In this document: positions 34,111-48,349 of the stretch, piece after piece
Position numbering within the stretch: the stretch's first letter is position 1
Layout of the letters: every line of letters begins with the position of its first letter
Source: Massalongia carnosa
Lineage: Eukaryota
Length of the DNA: 64,000 nt
Assembly: GCA_965645245.1 (NCBI GenBank)
Contig: OZ287069.1
Location: 1,860,001 to 1,924,000, forward strand
Reading direction: 5' to 3'
Translations under genes and position numbers: made by a program
Notes under the pieces: generated by a model
What the model saw: the letters and a program-made list of their open reading frames with translations, nothing else
What the model was told of the DNA's origin: nothing
The model's database searches: none

Positions 34111-37100
34111 ATGGACTCGGACTGGGGTGAGGTATGTCGTCCGACATTGACGTCTCTAACCCTTCAGCTGCCTAGTCCCCATTACCTGGATCATCACGCA
34201 GGAACAAATCAGGTCAAGAGAATCACTAAACGCTTTTAGGTCAATCGTCGCCAGTTGCTGCAACCAGAGAAAAATTCTCTGGCGAGCCCAGCTATTGGGA
34301 CGCTCGCATTTGACACGCACCAGGAACTCTTGTGGGTCGGTAATGAATGTGTAAGAACCCATCTGCATGTATGTTAAATGGGCATCAACCTCTAACCGTC
34401 ACCTCCTCTAGGGGCGCATAACATCCTATTCCGGTCTTGAACTGACGAAGTACACGTCAATTCGCGCGCATTGCGCCGCCGAAGGACCTGTCCGTCAGTT
34501 TCTTTTTCATGAGAAAGGTGTCTTATCTTTAGCGTCTAAAAGCGTTCATTTTGGGTTGAGAAGATGCTTGTCGCTTTGGCACATCGAGTATGTTTCTCAG
34601 TTAGTGTTGATCTGGCACTAGCTAATCTCAGTACTTCATAGGGAGAAATCCATGACGAATCTATGCTGTATGAGCTTCATAGGCAAAGATCAGTCCGAGA
34701 TTCTGGTGGCAGGATGCCAGAACATAATGTACAGGATAGATGTAGAAAGAGGCCAAGTGATCCAAGAGGTGCTTAGTCCGAAAATCTTAGAAGACCATCA
34801 GTTAACGGATTCTTAGATCCCAACGGATTTTGAATATACGATAATGAAAAACGCACACTATATATGTGCTGCGACGAATGCAGGAGCAGTGAATTTCTTA
34901 GACCCAGAGACTCTTACCGTCGTGAAATCGTGGCAGGCACATTCTATCAGCATCCACAACATGGACGCTAGAGACAACTACCTCGTGACATGTGGCTGGT
35001 CTAACCGAAATTATGGTCCTCCAATGCTGGACATCCTGGCCAAGATTTTTGATCTCAGGAAGCTGGAGCAGCTGCCTCCGATTCCTTTTCCGGGGGGCGC
35101 AGCCTTCGCCCAAATGCATCCCAAGATGTCAACAACCAGCATCGTAGCATCCCAGACTGGACAGCTTCAAATTGTCGACTTGATGAACCCGAACACCTCG
35201 AACATCCACCAAGCCCGGCTTTCGAGCTATATGCTGGATCTGGTGATAGCCCCATCGGGTGCAGCATGGGCTTTGATAGACCAGGAAAACGCTGTTCACT
35301 TATGGGGCTCCCACACCAAGATGCAATTCTCGGAATTTGCCAATCCCACAGAACATGCAGATCCAGTCACTCCGCTACCCTTAGTGCCTTTGGATTCGAA
35401 TCTGTAGGTACCACGCGGAGGCTCTGGGCCTCAATCACTACTAACTCCATCTAATTTCAGGCCGCTAAGCACAATCGGTATGCCGTTCTATCGGGAGGTA
35501 CTCCTGTCGGCTTGGCCCGAAGATCTTATCTTCGAAGTGGGCCATTTACCTGGGAAGATCGACGCAGAGGTTCTGAAGAACATGCTTCCAGCAACAGTCG
35601 GCTACCGCGCGGCGAATCCACGAACAGGTCTACGAAACCAAGTCGAGAGAACCAGATTTGCCCATCCCAACGGAACAGCCTTGGCAGCACCGAGGTTTCT
35701 CAGCCAAAAGGCTCGAGATGCTCAACACGTTCGGAACGAACATCAACGAATGAGCGACGCCGCCGAAGCCTTTTCTAATCTGTCTCTAGTAGGGAGCACC
35801 AAAGCAGAGGTGCCAGTCATCTACCGAAACGTGGAGATCAAGTACAGCAGGTTTGGCGTGAACGACTTTGATTTCCAGTAAGTTCATGTAAGGAACAACC
35901 GGCTTTATACTGAGATATTTGTTTTAGATACTACAACCAAACCAGTTATTCTGGTTTGGAGACGCACATCACTAATTCCTACTTGAACCCACTGCTTCAG
36001 CTTTTTAGATTCACTCCCCTTATCCGCAATCTTGCTCTCCACCACACTGCTAGCAACTGCACCTCGGAAGGTTGCCTACTTTGTGAATTGGGATTTTTAT
36101 TTGATATGCTCGAGAAGGCGGAAGGTCTGAGCTGCCAGGCGACCAACTTCCTCAGGGCTTTTAGCAACATACCAGAAGGTGCACGCCGCCGCCTAGCCCT
36201 CAAATTTCGACTAACCGATTCCTATAGCGGCAAGATTAGGAGCCCTAGAAGATAACTCCTCGCAGAGCTCCCTCGAAGTAAAACTACAAATCGCCAATCG
36301 CTTCTTGCTGGAGCAAATTGCTTTTGACTCGAAGAGAGTCTTTCCGGAGAATACGAGCATTGAACAGGTTAGTCATTTTTCTTCCGAACTACACGTGCAG
36401 ACTTCTGACCTGGGGGTTAAACCTAGACTCTTGTCACGAGGGCTACGTCGAATATTAGCTGTGTTCATTGTCAAGCCGAAAGCTTCCGCTCCGCAGATAG
36501 CTACCTTCATGATCTAAACTATTCATCTTTAGTAGGTCTGTTGAATCCGCGGTAAGTAGTGAGCTTATGAGTACTAGGAGTCTCGGTTGCATAACCAAAC
36601 CCCTTGCTTTACTAGCATCCTCAAATCAAGCCTTGAACGAAACCCGCAGATTCGTGCATGGTGCGATAAATGCCGCCGATATCGATATCTTAATACACGA
36701 ACTACCCTTCTTTCGGCTCCCCCGGTCTTGATTATTAACACTGGCCTGGACAAAAGTCCTGAGGGTAAACAGCTTTGGGCCCGTCCGAACTGGCTCCCTG
36801 AAAAGATAGGCCTTCTCGCTGATGGTAGACATGTTTCTTGCCATGAGGGTGAGTATCTTCGCGTTCGCAACGCTACCAAGTCGTCGTTTCAGCAGTCTCT
36901 CCCGGTGTACGAGTTGGTGGGAATGGTGGCAGACATCAACAGTGGAGAGCACCAGAAACCTCATTTGGTCTCAATCGTCAATGGTTCGTTTCTTGAGATC
37001 GCTAGATTCTCCGAAACCAAATCTGACCCCATGGTGATGACAGTTGCAATATCAGAGACGAATCCGATCCGCCAGAACAAATGGCATTTGCTGAACGACT

Positions 37101-38193
37101 TTCTGGTCCGAGAGATCCCTACCATTGAAGCACTTCAGTTCTCGACCAGCTGGAAAATGCCCGTGACCTTGGTATATCAAATTAAAACCTTTAGGCACGC
37201 TATCGACGACAGCTGGAAGCAGGCTCTAGACACTAGTTGCCTGTATTATGAGAAAGCGTTATCACCAACGTACGTGCATATTCTATTCAGCCCTGTCTAT
37301 CTCCAAGCTAACCATCTCCACACAGCGTCCCCCAGTCGACGCCTGCACCTGTATTCCCTCTAGATCCTAACACTGAACCGCCCCACCAAGGCACCTTGGT
37401 AGCCATTGACTCAGAATTCGTTGCCCTACGTGCGGAAGAGATTGAGATCTCTGCTACTGGGGAGCGGGAAGTCATCCGCCCGACACGCCTCGGCCTTGCT
37501 AGAGTCTCTGTCCTTCGTGGTAACGGGCCGCATGAAGCTCTTCCGTTCATTAACGATCATATTATCATCCGAGAACCTATCGTAGACTACCTAACTAAAT
37601 ACTCGGGCGTGAAACAGGGCGACCTCGACACTAATCGCAGCACTTACGCACTTGTCACTCTTAAGGTTGCCTACAAGAAAATCTGGCTACTGCTCAACCT
37701 CGGCGTTGTCTTCGTTGGGCACGGTCTAAGCAGTGACTTCCGCACCATCAACATCCACATTCCCAAGGCGCAGGTGCTAGACACGGTGGAAAAGTTCTAC
37801 ATCCCCGCCCGGGCCCGGAAGCTAAACCTACGCTTTCTAGCATGGTACCTACTTCAGGAAAACATTCAGAGCAAGACGCACGACAGCGTCGAGGACGCGC
37901 ACACGGCGCTTCGGCTATGGCGCAAATATGAGGAATTCTACGACGCCGGGATCGTGGAGGAGATGCTTGACGAGATTTATCGCGAAGGGCGTAAGTATGG
38001 CTTTAGGGCTCCCGAGGCGGGCGCCAAGGCCGAGAGCAGCACGAGCGGAAGCATTAGCGGAAGTGGAAGGTTCACGCCGCCTGCTGCTTCTGGTGGTACT
38101 TCGGCTGCTGGGATTTTTGTTGGGCCGGAGACACCGTCAAGGCGAAGGGGTACGGAAAGCCAAAGCGAGTATTTTGAAAGTCCATTGAGGTAA
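34111..38193 (+). CDS. PAN2: PAN2 poly(A) nuclease catalytic subunit
   Basis: Multi-exon gene starting MDSDWGE; WD40 region, [17 protein letters not shown]-like domain ([12 protein letters not shown]) and DEDDh exonuclease ([21 protein letters not shown]). Confidence 0.96.
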
Positions 38194-41100
38194 GTAGATG
38201 ATGATTTGGATGCCTTGAGTGGTGTTTTAGCGCTGGGAACAGGTCAAAGGGGGGAAGGGGGGGGCCGGTTTAGGGGAAATCGGTGTGAGAGGATGCAAGA
38301 GGGGTTTTTGCTTGCGTATATACCTATATGGCATGAATGAGGGTTTGATAGTGTTTTGCGAGGCGCTATAGTTTCTCTTGAGAATCAATTTGCAAATAAG
38401 TTGCTCAATTTAAGCATTTTGGCCTTGTTACATAAGGATGTAATAAAGTATCAATCACCATGACCATGCCAACGATCTGCAAATCGTCTCTGTTGACGAA
38501 TAGCTTAAAAAACACTTCAACTTCCTACTCTCAAATCCTTTACCCCCCCCAGAAGAAAGGCCTTACTTGCATTTCCAAAGAGACCGCCGCTCAACTTTGA
38601 CATCCCCTTTCACACCCTCTTCCCCTCCCTTCCCTCCCTTCTGGCTTTATGTTTTGTGGGGGGGGGGGGTGATTAGGAGGAAAAGAATGCGAGAAGGGAG
38701 GCAGGGCTTGGGGCTCCGGGAAGGGGGTTTGATATAGATCCCTAGATATTTTATTGTGGGTGCTGTTTTGCATTGCGCTCGTGAGGAAAAAAAGGCAAAG
38801 GGGATGTGTAATTTTTTTGGGGGGGGGGGGTGGTTTGGAAGACAGAAAGAAAAGAAAAGAACAAACAAGGAGGGAGTGGGAAGAATTTTGGGGGTTAGCC
38901 GTTAGCGTTGGGGTTTACGGGGGCCATGACGAAAACTGAAGCCGGGTTTCTGGGGGTTTTGGGGAAGGTGACGGTGGCAGGCAGGCAGGTGCAAAGAGGC
39001 CTGGGATATTAATTACCCGGGCCTGCGATAAAAGAGGGAAAGGAAGGAAGGGGAATTTGAGACCGATTCGTTAAGGGTGAGGGGGGGAGGGGAGCTCTTG
39101 GTTATTAACACGATCAAGGTTCGGGCTGAGGGTTCCCGTCTCTCATGGGGATGTAGGCGGCTACTGCGGTGAATGTCTGGTGGAACGATTCCAGATCCCA
39201 AATCTGGCCATCTTGGGTTCTTGGGCATCTTGGTGGTTGTCACCGCTACGTACGCATGGGTGGTATGTTCTGATCATGTATGGCTCCTCGGGGCAGAGGA
39301 GATAAAAAGGCCATAATAGAGACAGGTTCTTGACTGGTAAGAAGGGCGATGGCTTTGCTGAGGAAGATAGAAGCTAAAAGGAAAGGGCTGTGTGGATTGG
39401 CCTCGGATCGAGAGTTGGGTGGGATGGTCCGATGCTAGTCCTGTGAGCTGGCAACAGCGAAGGAGCGAAAGGCTTTTTGGGCGGCGCTTGATGGTTGATG
39501 ATTGGTAGGGCTCTGAATCGTTGAAACGAGAATTGAGCGAGAGTAGCACCGAGTCATAAGTGACATGGTGTTAGCTAGCAGGTCAACGAACCCAGAGACC
39601 TGGTGTGATTCCTAGGAGAAAACTCAAGGCCGATTCGTCGAGGAGCGGCAAAATGTTGGTTTTTGATCCCGAGGAGTACTAGAAGACAAGATCTCCAAGA
39701 ATGTCCTCGAAGCAATCCGGAGCATGATGCGTTCGGAAATACCCGGGGCCCATATGCAGGTAAAGCTTAGGGGTAAGCAACTACTGCAGTGAAAGCGCTT
39801 CCGACACATGAACTCTGGAGGAGCAAGGGATCTCGCTTGTAATCAAATAGGACCGTGGAAGCGCCAATAGGATGTGCCTTTTCCCATGTTACCGCATTCG
39901 GAAAAGTAAAGAAACCACACAAAGAGTGATATAATCGTAAAACTAGCAGCATTACTATGTACAATAAAGAGTGAGTTGATATCGCCTGAGCCTGCCGACA
40001 GCTCGTTAGCCACTGAAACAAGGCAAAAAGCAAAAGAACGGCAACCAATGATACTGCGATCGACTGACGGATTAACAATCGCCGCGCCTAACGAGTTCCA
40101 TGATGCCCATTGGCTTACCTTCCCAAACTAAGCTTAAACTGGCGGAACCAATCGGTTCTAGCACGCTGGGACAATCAACACGCTATGCACTTCCTCTGAA
40201 TGCAGACCTGTTTGCAGGCCTTTGATTTGCTAACTGGTCGCGTCTCCTCTGCTTGCGCTCGCAGCAAAAGCTGCCCATGTGAGAGGAAATGAACCCAGAA
40301 TTGAGGTTACGTTTAAGGACGTGCATGAACTAAAATTCAACGACGGTCGACGTGCTCTCTCTCTGTAAATTTTAGATATTTCGCATTCTTGACCGATCAG
40401 CTCAATTCTGAAGCATTGGCGATGACGGGGTCGGCTGCGTTGTTATTGGCTCGTTCTGTTGTTTATATTCCGGCGCAGCAGTGTCAAGTTGGAAAACAAA
40501 ACAATAGGGGGAGGAAGCGAGACACCAACGCGGCAGCAAACGACGAGTTTGTAAAACTTCAGCCTCCCGCATTGTTTTGGTCCGGTAGGACTGGAATTAT
40601 AGCCAGAACAATCTATCCAAGCCTCGTATGATACCGAATCGACGATTTAGGCAGATGCTTTGAGTGGCGGTAACAAGCTCTAGGTTGCCTGGTTTCAAGT
40701 ACCAGCATCTGGCAAATAGGATTGGTAGGTTGATCATGTGCTCAAGCTGTCGAGATGGCAGCCATCAGGCTGCCAGTGATTGCCAAAATTGGAGTTGCTA
40801 CCATAATAGAGCAAGCATCCTTGCGGGCTGGAAGGGTGACATCTCGGGCAAGGGGAACCTCGTAGCACCAACGCAGGAGGTCCAAGAGAAGCTAGGAACA
40901 GTCAGGATGACACAAGATTGACCTTCTTTAAAGCTCGGCTGAGCATCACAGTGCCACCGGAAAGGACTAGAACTCGGAAATGACGAAAGCAAGGCAGCCT
41001 AATGTAATCATGGAACGAAGAAGAGAAAGATCAACAGTGCGTGTGGGCCCAATTGCCATGAAGGTCGTTGCAGGCCAAGAAAATGGACGAGTAAAATTGA

Positions 41101-42214
41101 AGTTCCGACACCCACCCTGACGCAACTTAGGAAACGCCAAGGCAGTGCAAACCTTGAGGGCTGACAGAGATTGACATTGTACTAGCCTTGAAATTCGAGT
41201 GGACGACGGACAAGGAAAACGCGTCCCGGATGTGAATGCCCTAAGGAGCTGAGAAATCGTAGCGTTCATGTTTGAACTGGAACCATTTTGTTATCCTGAG
41301 CACGGCAATCGAGCAAATCATGGAGCACATTATTTCACAACATCCAGACTAAGCCTTTGCTTGGAGTGGGTCTCAGAAACGCGGATACGCTCCCCGTCAC
41401 CGGACTGGAGTCTCCTCCAGTCAAATGATGCAACTCCAGGGTGGCATCCATTCACAAAACGCCCAGACTCTCATGTGACAGGTAATCAATGAGAACCGCA
41501 TGCAGCAAGGATAGATGAGACTGTGTGACGAGGCAACTGCTTCATACGGATGCAGTTCCATAGCACAGAAACTAGCGAACTGATAGCTCGTTGCTCGGTG
41601 GCTGGATGCAACGTAGGTCTGAACGCTGCTAGTCTCAGGCCAAGGCGTAAGATCAGCTTTTCCTCTTGATGTCCATTGGCCGAATATGTCTTGTGGATCC
41701 CTCGTACGTTCTCCGTGAATGCTGCACGAGCACGAAGTTGTGGAATGGTTGAGTTGAAGAGCACGATTGGTGGATTTTGACACGGCTGGATGGGCTCGAG
41801 GCTAGAACGAACAAGTACAGCCGTTTGGGTTTGTTGATATGTCCAAGAACCGAGACGACAGAGACAGATCACAACAAGCTTTATCGAAAGATAAATATCG
41901 TGCTTCGTTCCCTCAACGTTTCAAATTGTCATCAACAACTCAACCTCGAAAGACTCCAGCCATTGAGAAACGTTCTATAGCCTCAGTCCACCGACTACCT
42001 TGACTCTTCTCGTAATACCATCTCAAGGGTAGCTTCACCTTGCTTTTCCATTTCGATAGAAACCTGGCTTACATTGGCTGTAGAGCCCCCTTAACGCCTG
42101 CGGCACGCAAAGCAACCTTCAGACATTTCGAACCAACAGGCTGAGTAATACGGAACACAGGCACCGTTTTGGAACGACTCTGACCAATGAAAATAGGAAA
42201 GCTATAAATCAAAC

Positions 42215-42547
42215 ATGTGTTTCTTCGATCAACACCGGTTTGCCTGCGGCGATTGGAAATGGGGACACTTTCGACAGCATTGCAACAGAGAGTACCGGAC
42301 AGGTGAAACGTGCGGAATGAAACTCATCATGCAAACGGTCCCGGTCAGTCAGAAATGCAAGCTCTGCGACAAAATCGACACGAAACAACGCCGGCGAAGC
42401 GCAGAGATTGATCGCATCAGCCGCTGGCAGCGAGAGGGTAACAAGTTCCGGGCCTCGATCGACCGATCGTATGACATGATCAAGGTTTTGGACAAGGAGA
42501 TTTTCGATTTGGGCAGTGAGCGTCAGAGAAGACTTCAAGCCATTTAG
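42215..42547 (+). CDS. Small Cys-rich/coiled-coil protein (110 aa), conserved fungal hypothetical type
   Basis: Good start context AAACATG. MCFFDQHRFACGDWKW..HCNREYRTGETCGMKL..CKLC followed by a heptad-like helix; acceptor-like CTGAC..ATAG just upstream suggests 5' UTR introns. Confidence 0.8.
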   Translation: MCFFDQHRFACGDWKWGHFRQHCNREYRTGETCGMKLIMQTVPVSQKCKLCDKIDTKQRRRSAEIDRISRWQREGNKFRASIDRSYDMIKVLDKEIFDLGSERQRRLQAI

Positions 42548-43623
42548 AATGGCTGGCAACTGCTGGACAGAAGCAGCAAGGCCATGGGTCCATTGCTTCA
42601 AGGGATTTGAGACGGGGGGGTTTCGGAGCATCGAGTCTTGTTTTTGTTCTTTCTTCACACCTGGTTACTGAGCTTGGGGGAACGGGAGTGATTGGAAGCG
42701 CCGTGAGGCTGAGATGAGGGTCTTTTTCGTAGGGGGAGTTAAACGTGTTCTTTTCGGGGTCATACTTTATCTTTAAAAATGATGCTATCTCTTGAAATGC
42801 TGCAACTTCATTTGTTGATGATCGGGGCCAATAGCAACCGAGACAGCTGATGTAGCCGCCAGAAATGGGATCGCCGAACTTTGGCACAAACTCAGGCGGG
42901 CCGTCCTAGTGTGAGCCAAGTTGGGGCGAGTTTACTTTTCTAAACGGGGTGTTTTGAAAGTGAAAGAGGTAAGGGAAAAAAGGGATTTCGACGGAAGGGA
43001 GGGACGAAGGTCATATAAACGGGAAAGACGAGGAGAGTTGAGCAATATGTGGCAATCTATGCGTTGGCAGGTTTCTATAGGGCGGAGTGCTCAGCGGGGG
43101 TTGAATTGAGGCAATGTTGGGGGGTGCAGTGAGTTTTGTGAGCTGTTCGTGTGTGGGGGGAAAAATGAAAAAAGCCTCGGGTGATTAACTAACTGCGGAG
43201 TAGTTGTCGACCATTTGTGGCATCGGCTGACTCAGCACCTCACGTGCACTCCATACGAGCACATCGGACTCAGTAACCTACATTCCCGATCGACCTCGTG
43301 GGGATGGTTATAATGAGGATATCCTTCTCGGTCGCCAGTCGCCAGCCTCAATGTAGCGCAAAGCACAAGGAGAACACGCCATGGGCAGGCGGTGAAAGGG
43401 TGGGTGGGTTGTCGTCATCACCGATGTGATGATGATCCTTCACAACCTGAGCGTACCGATGGAGTACTTCAGTTCTGCTGCAGCCTCCAAGTGTCCTGTC
43501 AGCAGCCCGACTGCACCTTCAAGGTCACAAGAAGTCTAGAATCTTCCTGACGTCTATGGGTACACACTTTCAAGCGCTCCTGCACGCCAACATGCAGGAA
43601 AGCTAAAATGTCAAACACCCTCG

Positions 43624-44556
43624 CTATCCCGTATCCGCTTCCTCCTGTTTCGCTAACCCATGCTCGTTCAACAGGGTCGTGATTTCATCCGCACCCCATA
43701 GATGATGATACACTTTACCATCCTTCGTCTTTCCTACCGTCGCAAATTCAACTACGAGACAATGTGAGCGACGGACACGGTAGATGTGGCGGAAGATCTG
43801 GAAGCTTACTCTTTTCGCTGCTCAGCTTGGTGGAGTCCATGGTTTTGCTAAGAACCTTGACGGCGAGCCCACATGCTTCCTTCAGATCACACTCTTCTTT
43901 GTAGTCTTGTTTCAGCAGGCTCTGTGCGCTAGCGTTGTTGGCGCCCACGCTTGTTGCCTTCCATCCACCATAGTTGCCGCTTGGATTGCTTTGGTAAAGC
44001 TGGAATTGCCGATGAGGATCGTAGCCAGCGTAGATGAATGAGACCCCAAACGGTCGAAGTCCGCCATGTTGTGTGTAGCCTTGCTTAAGGTCGCATAGTC
44101 GCCGAACGAGTTGTTCGCAAGGGATCTCTTCGTTATACGTCAGAAGGTATCTTTGCGCGGCTTGACGGGCATAGTTGATCAGGATGTTTGCATCGGCAGT
44201 CATTCCTGCTACCGCGCAAATCATGTTGCTACATGATCAGTATTAACACTGAAGATTCTTCATAGTCATTACTGAGAGCGCTCATACTCGTTGAGAATGT
44301 ACAGTTTCTCCGCTGATGTATCTTGTTCGAGTAATTTGCTTGTCACTTTCCTCTCCGCGGCCAAGACGATGCCATCACTGGACAGAATACCTATAGCTGT
44401 ACCGGCGTGTGATATTGCTTCCAGTGCATATTCTACTTGGTATAATCGCCCTTCAGGAGAGAATATGGTAGTCTGTAAGCTACATTTTAGCTACCTCGGA
44501 TTTTTTGAAAACGGAAAGTTGGAATGGGCTACCCTCGAATCATATCTTCGTGACAT
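43624..44556 (-). CDS. PRE9: 20S proteasome subunit alpha3
   Basis: [48 protein letters not shown]; three introns. Confidence 0.97.
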
Positions 44557-44829
44557 TATGAGATTATAGAAAAGTTTGAGCCAGGAAACTTGATAATAAT
44601 ATACCTTTGGAGCTTGAGATAGAGAGTGATTGCAAGCTGTCGTCAAACTCGTTGAGCTCCAGCAGTTGACAGAGAACAGAGTACAGTTAGGCAATTTCCA
44701 CGCGTAAGGTAGGGATAAATACGGATACGAGAAACAGCTTACCTAAGTCACTCTGTCCTTAGTTGCTGGTCTATCTTCCAAGCCAGTGACCTTCTATATA
44801 CACGGTCACACATCGCTCAGATATCTTGA

Positions 44830-46660
44830 ATGATGCTAAAATCAACGCATAGGCCTATAGCAAGCCTACCCCCATTACCATCAGGCTGGACTGAACACAA
44901 AGCACCCACCGGTAGGCTTTCTTAAATTATTTTTACCACGTTCGAGTTTACTGACTTGCCTAGTCGACATGCTGATCTTTTGTAATTGAGCTAGGGCACT
45001 CCTACTATTTCAATGCTACAACAAAGCAATCCACTTATACTCGACCCCTAGAGGCGCAACCAACTATCCAGCAATCTTTTGCCGCGGTCTCGAATCCTCG
45101 CCAAGGAAAGAATCAAGCTCTCTTTGATGGGTATTCTGATGGGACTTCTGGAGGCTCTGAGCTGCTCAAACATACACACTCTTCTCAATGGGCCACCACT
45201 CGGGGGAGGGAACGCTTTAGAGGCGGGTATAATGACAGGCCACGGCCGGCTCTTCAGGACAGACCAAAGTCAAAGTACCCCATCCCGGACTGCGCACCTT
45301 GGCTGCTGGTAAAAACAAAATTTGGGCGACGCTTTGTCTATAATCCTGAGAAAAGGGAAAGTTTCTGGAAATTCCCGCTGGATGTTATGAAAGGCGTTGT
45401 CGAGTTTGATAGACAAGGACGGGAGAGGCAGTCAAAAAAGGAAGCAGAAAACGATGGCGATCTGGACCAGGAACGAGTTGCTGCGTTTACGGAGCTTACA
45501 AAAGTAGGCCAACATCCAGCCGCAGCTTCGGCTCCGGTTGCTCGCAACACTGCCACGGTATATAGAGACAATGACAGCGAAGAGTACGAAGAGGTGGAAG
45601 TCACCGATAACGAAGATGACGAGAACCCTTCAAAGAGGCAGAAGACTGGTCATGATGAGCCTGACCAGCCAGTGGAGTTTAACGAAGATGATATAGCTTA
45701 TCAGCTTGCAGCCATGGGTGAAGACTACGGACTAGACCCCGGAGAGTATGGGGTGGAGCAAGACGAGGGCTTACAAGAAGGTGCTGAAGGTTTAACATTG
45801 ACAGAGGAAGACGCAAACGCACTCTTCAAAGACATGCTGGATGAATACAACGTTAGCCCATACGCAATCTGGGAGAAGGTAATTGAAGGGGGCCAAATCG
45901 TGGAAGATGAGCGCTATACGGTTTTACCTAATATGAAATTTAGGAAAGAAGTATTTAGCGATTGGAGCAGAGATAGGATTCAACAGCTTAAGGAACAGCG
46001 TGAGCGAGAAGAGAAGAAAGATCCACGAATACCGTACTTTTCATTCCTTCAAAGCCATGCAACGCCAAAGCTATACTGGCCTGAGTTTCGACGGAAATAC
46101 CAAAAGGAAGTCGCGTTGCGAGACGGAAAGCTCTCTGATAAAGAACGAGAAAAGGCGTATCGTGGATATATCAATCGTAGGCTACTGAGCTCCCTTCAAA
46201 ATATTTGCTAATAGATCTCGCAGGCCTAAAGCTCCCAGAGAGTACTTTGAAATCCGATCTAGTCTCTCTCCTAAAGTCCATTCCATTACACACTCTTAAT
46301 CGGTCAACACCTCCTGACGCTCTCCCGCCAATCATGCTTTCAGACCTCCGATACATATCTATCCGGCCATCCGTTCGGGATCCGTTGATCGAAGCTCACA
46401 TTGCAGCGTTGCCACCCGCACCCGTAAACCTCGACATATCCCCCGGGGGACAGGAATTGCTGTTAAAGCAACGAGATGAGATGGAAAGGAGAGATAGGGC
46501 GTTGGCTGAACGCCAGAAACAGGTCCAGGACGAGAAGAGGAGGCAGAAAGGGGCACTTCAATTTAGCAAGGGCATGTTGCGAGAAGGCGAGGAGGAGATT
46601 GAGCGGGCTTTGAGGGTTGGCAAGGAAGGGTTGAGGGGGTATATGGAGGCTGAGGAGTAA
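44830..46660 (+). CDS. WW/FF-domain pre-mRNA processing protein (Dre4/Urn1-like)
   Basis: WW motif LPSGWTEHKAPTG|HSYYFNATTKQSTYTRP; FF-like segments FKDMLDEYNVSPYAIWEK..DERY and LYWPEFRRKY; two introns. Confidence 0.85.
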
Positions 46661-46847
46661 ACAAACACAATAGCACGGTACGGCATGGCTGCCTGCAGCT
46701 ACTGCGAAATGAACCGAAGATATAAGTACATTGCTCCAGGCATACTTTAAGCTGAAAAACAACATAATCAACCTGCTGGCTAGAGATAAACATAGGTAAA
46801 GGGGACGCCTGCTAGTTTAGTACGATTGAGGGTTTCAAAACACGTCC

Positions 46848-47852
46848 TCACCTCCCCCATTCATCCCAATCATCATCATCGCTACCAGCATTATCGTCGT
46901 CCGCATCATCGCCTCCTTCGCTCCCGCCCTCCCGGTCCCCATCTGCATCGTCGTCGTCGCTATCCTCATCGTCCCCAATACTCCGCATCTGTTCTCTCCT
47001 CTCCTTCCTCAACATTTCCCTTTTCTCCCTCAGCCGCCTCACCCGCTCCTCCAACTCTGCCATCTCGTCAAATTCCTCTTCCAGCCTCCTCGCGGCGTCT
47101 TCCTTCTCCCCCTCGATCACGGCCTCCATCCTCTCTTTGGTCTGCAAGCTTGCTTGCTTACGCGCCTGGGCAGCAATTTCTGCAGCTGTCAGTGGGGCAG
47201 CGGTGATCGTTGCTGTAGAGGTTAGGATAGAGGGTGGAGGCGGTGGGGTGGCGACGTCGCGCTCAAATGCAGCCCATTCGTTTTCGTCGATGACTTGTGT
47301 TTGAGCGTTTTGGGGGGGGTGTGGGTTATCGAGAAAACTCGAGGGAATGATATTGTTTAATGAAGGCTTTTGTAGCATGAATGTAGGTTCTGTTGGAGGT
47401 GTAGATGGTTGGGATATCGACGCTGCACCCATGGGTTCTCCGAGGCCCTCCCCATCCTGGCGCGGTAAATCCTCTTCCGATTCCACCTCCTGCGCGTTTT
47501 CCTGGAAAACCCCCTCTGGCACCCCTTCCTGTGCCTTGGCCTTCTTCTTGGTTGTCACCGGTTCCTCTTCCCCATCTGCTTTTCTCTTCTTGCTAGTTCC
47601 GTTTAAGGGCTCGTCAGCTGGCTTTGGAGCTGGGGCACCCGGCGGACGACCGAGCGTGTTGTCTCGGATGCGCTGAAGACGCATGGCGTGCTGTGCCGAT
47701 CGGAGATGTTTGTCCCATAGCGACTCGGCTTTGAGCTGGATGTGGCAGACGAGGCAGACCAGGGTGCCGGTGGTGGAATAGGTAGCCTGTGGGTGGACGA
47801 CACGACGGGCGGTCCGCTCGTTACGGAGGAGGGAGCGAACATCTGCCATCAT
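46848..47852 (-). CDS. ZNF830/CCDC16-like zinc-finger coiled-coil protein
   Basis: Single-exon ORF with HPQATYSTTGTLVCLVCHIQLKAESLWDKHLRSAQH, an EWAAFE motif, a coiled coil and an acidic tail. Confidence 0.8.
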   Translation of the reverse strand: MMADVRSLLRNERTARRVVHPQATYSTTGTLVCLVCHIQLKAESLWDKHLRSAQHAMRLQRIRDNTLGRPPGAPAPKPADEPLNGTSKKRKADGEEEPVTTKKKAKAQEGVPEGVFQENAQEVESEEDLPRQDGEGLGEPMGAASISQPSTPPTEPTFMLQKPSLNNIIPSSFLDNPHPPQNAQTQVIDENEWAAFERDVATPPPPPSILTSTATITAAPLTAAEIAAQARKQASLQTKERMEAVIEGEKEDAARRLEEEFDEMAELEERVRRLREKREMLRKERREQMRSIGDDEDSDDDDADGDREGGSEGGDDADDDNAGSDDDDWDEWGR

Positions 47853-48349
47853 TTAATGGAGTGAGTTATGGCTGTGTCAAGTTGAGCGTTGTACATATAG
47901 AGTAAGCTAATTGGAGTCATGATGTCTAGGGCAGGGACTTGAATTCATAGCTTCTTATCACATGACTGAACTGCTAGCTCACTAGTGGTGCTTCCCGTTG
48001 GCGCTAGTATTACTTCACTACCGCATCTCCGCTTTTCGTTCTTCAACATCATCGCATTCGCAACTCACATAACGTTCTCATTCGTCGAGACGCTTATGGT
48101 GTTTCGTTATTGATTAACATCAGGTACTTGTGGAAGAAGGCGCAGTGCGCTTTGGGAAAGGGCTTGGAAGTTTTCTTTGACAAGCCTTATCTCGTATAAG
48201 TGAATGCGCATTGGCGTCGGGTGATCTTGGTGTACTGCGAGGTCTCTGAGTAACTTAGAATTTATTTGAAAGCCTATTAGGCGTCCGACTGAGCATATAA
48301 ACACTCCTCCTTGAAGAATAGTAGATTGCGCAGTATATCATTTGCAGTC

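Noticed and set aside
43228..43246. TGACTCA (Gcn4/CpcA) and CACGTG motifs
   Set aside because: They lie between convergent 3' ends, and such short motifs are expected by chance.
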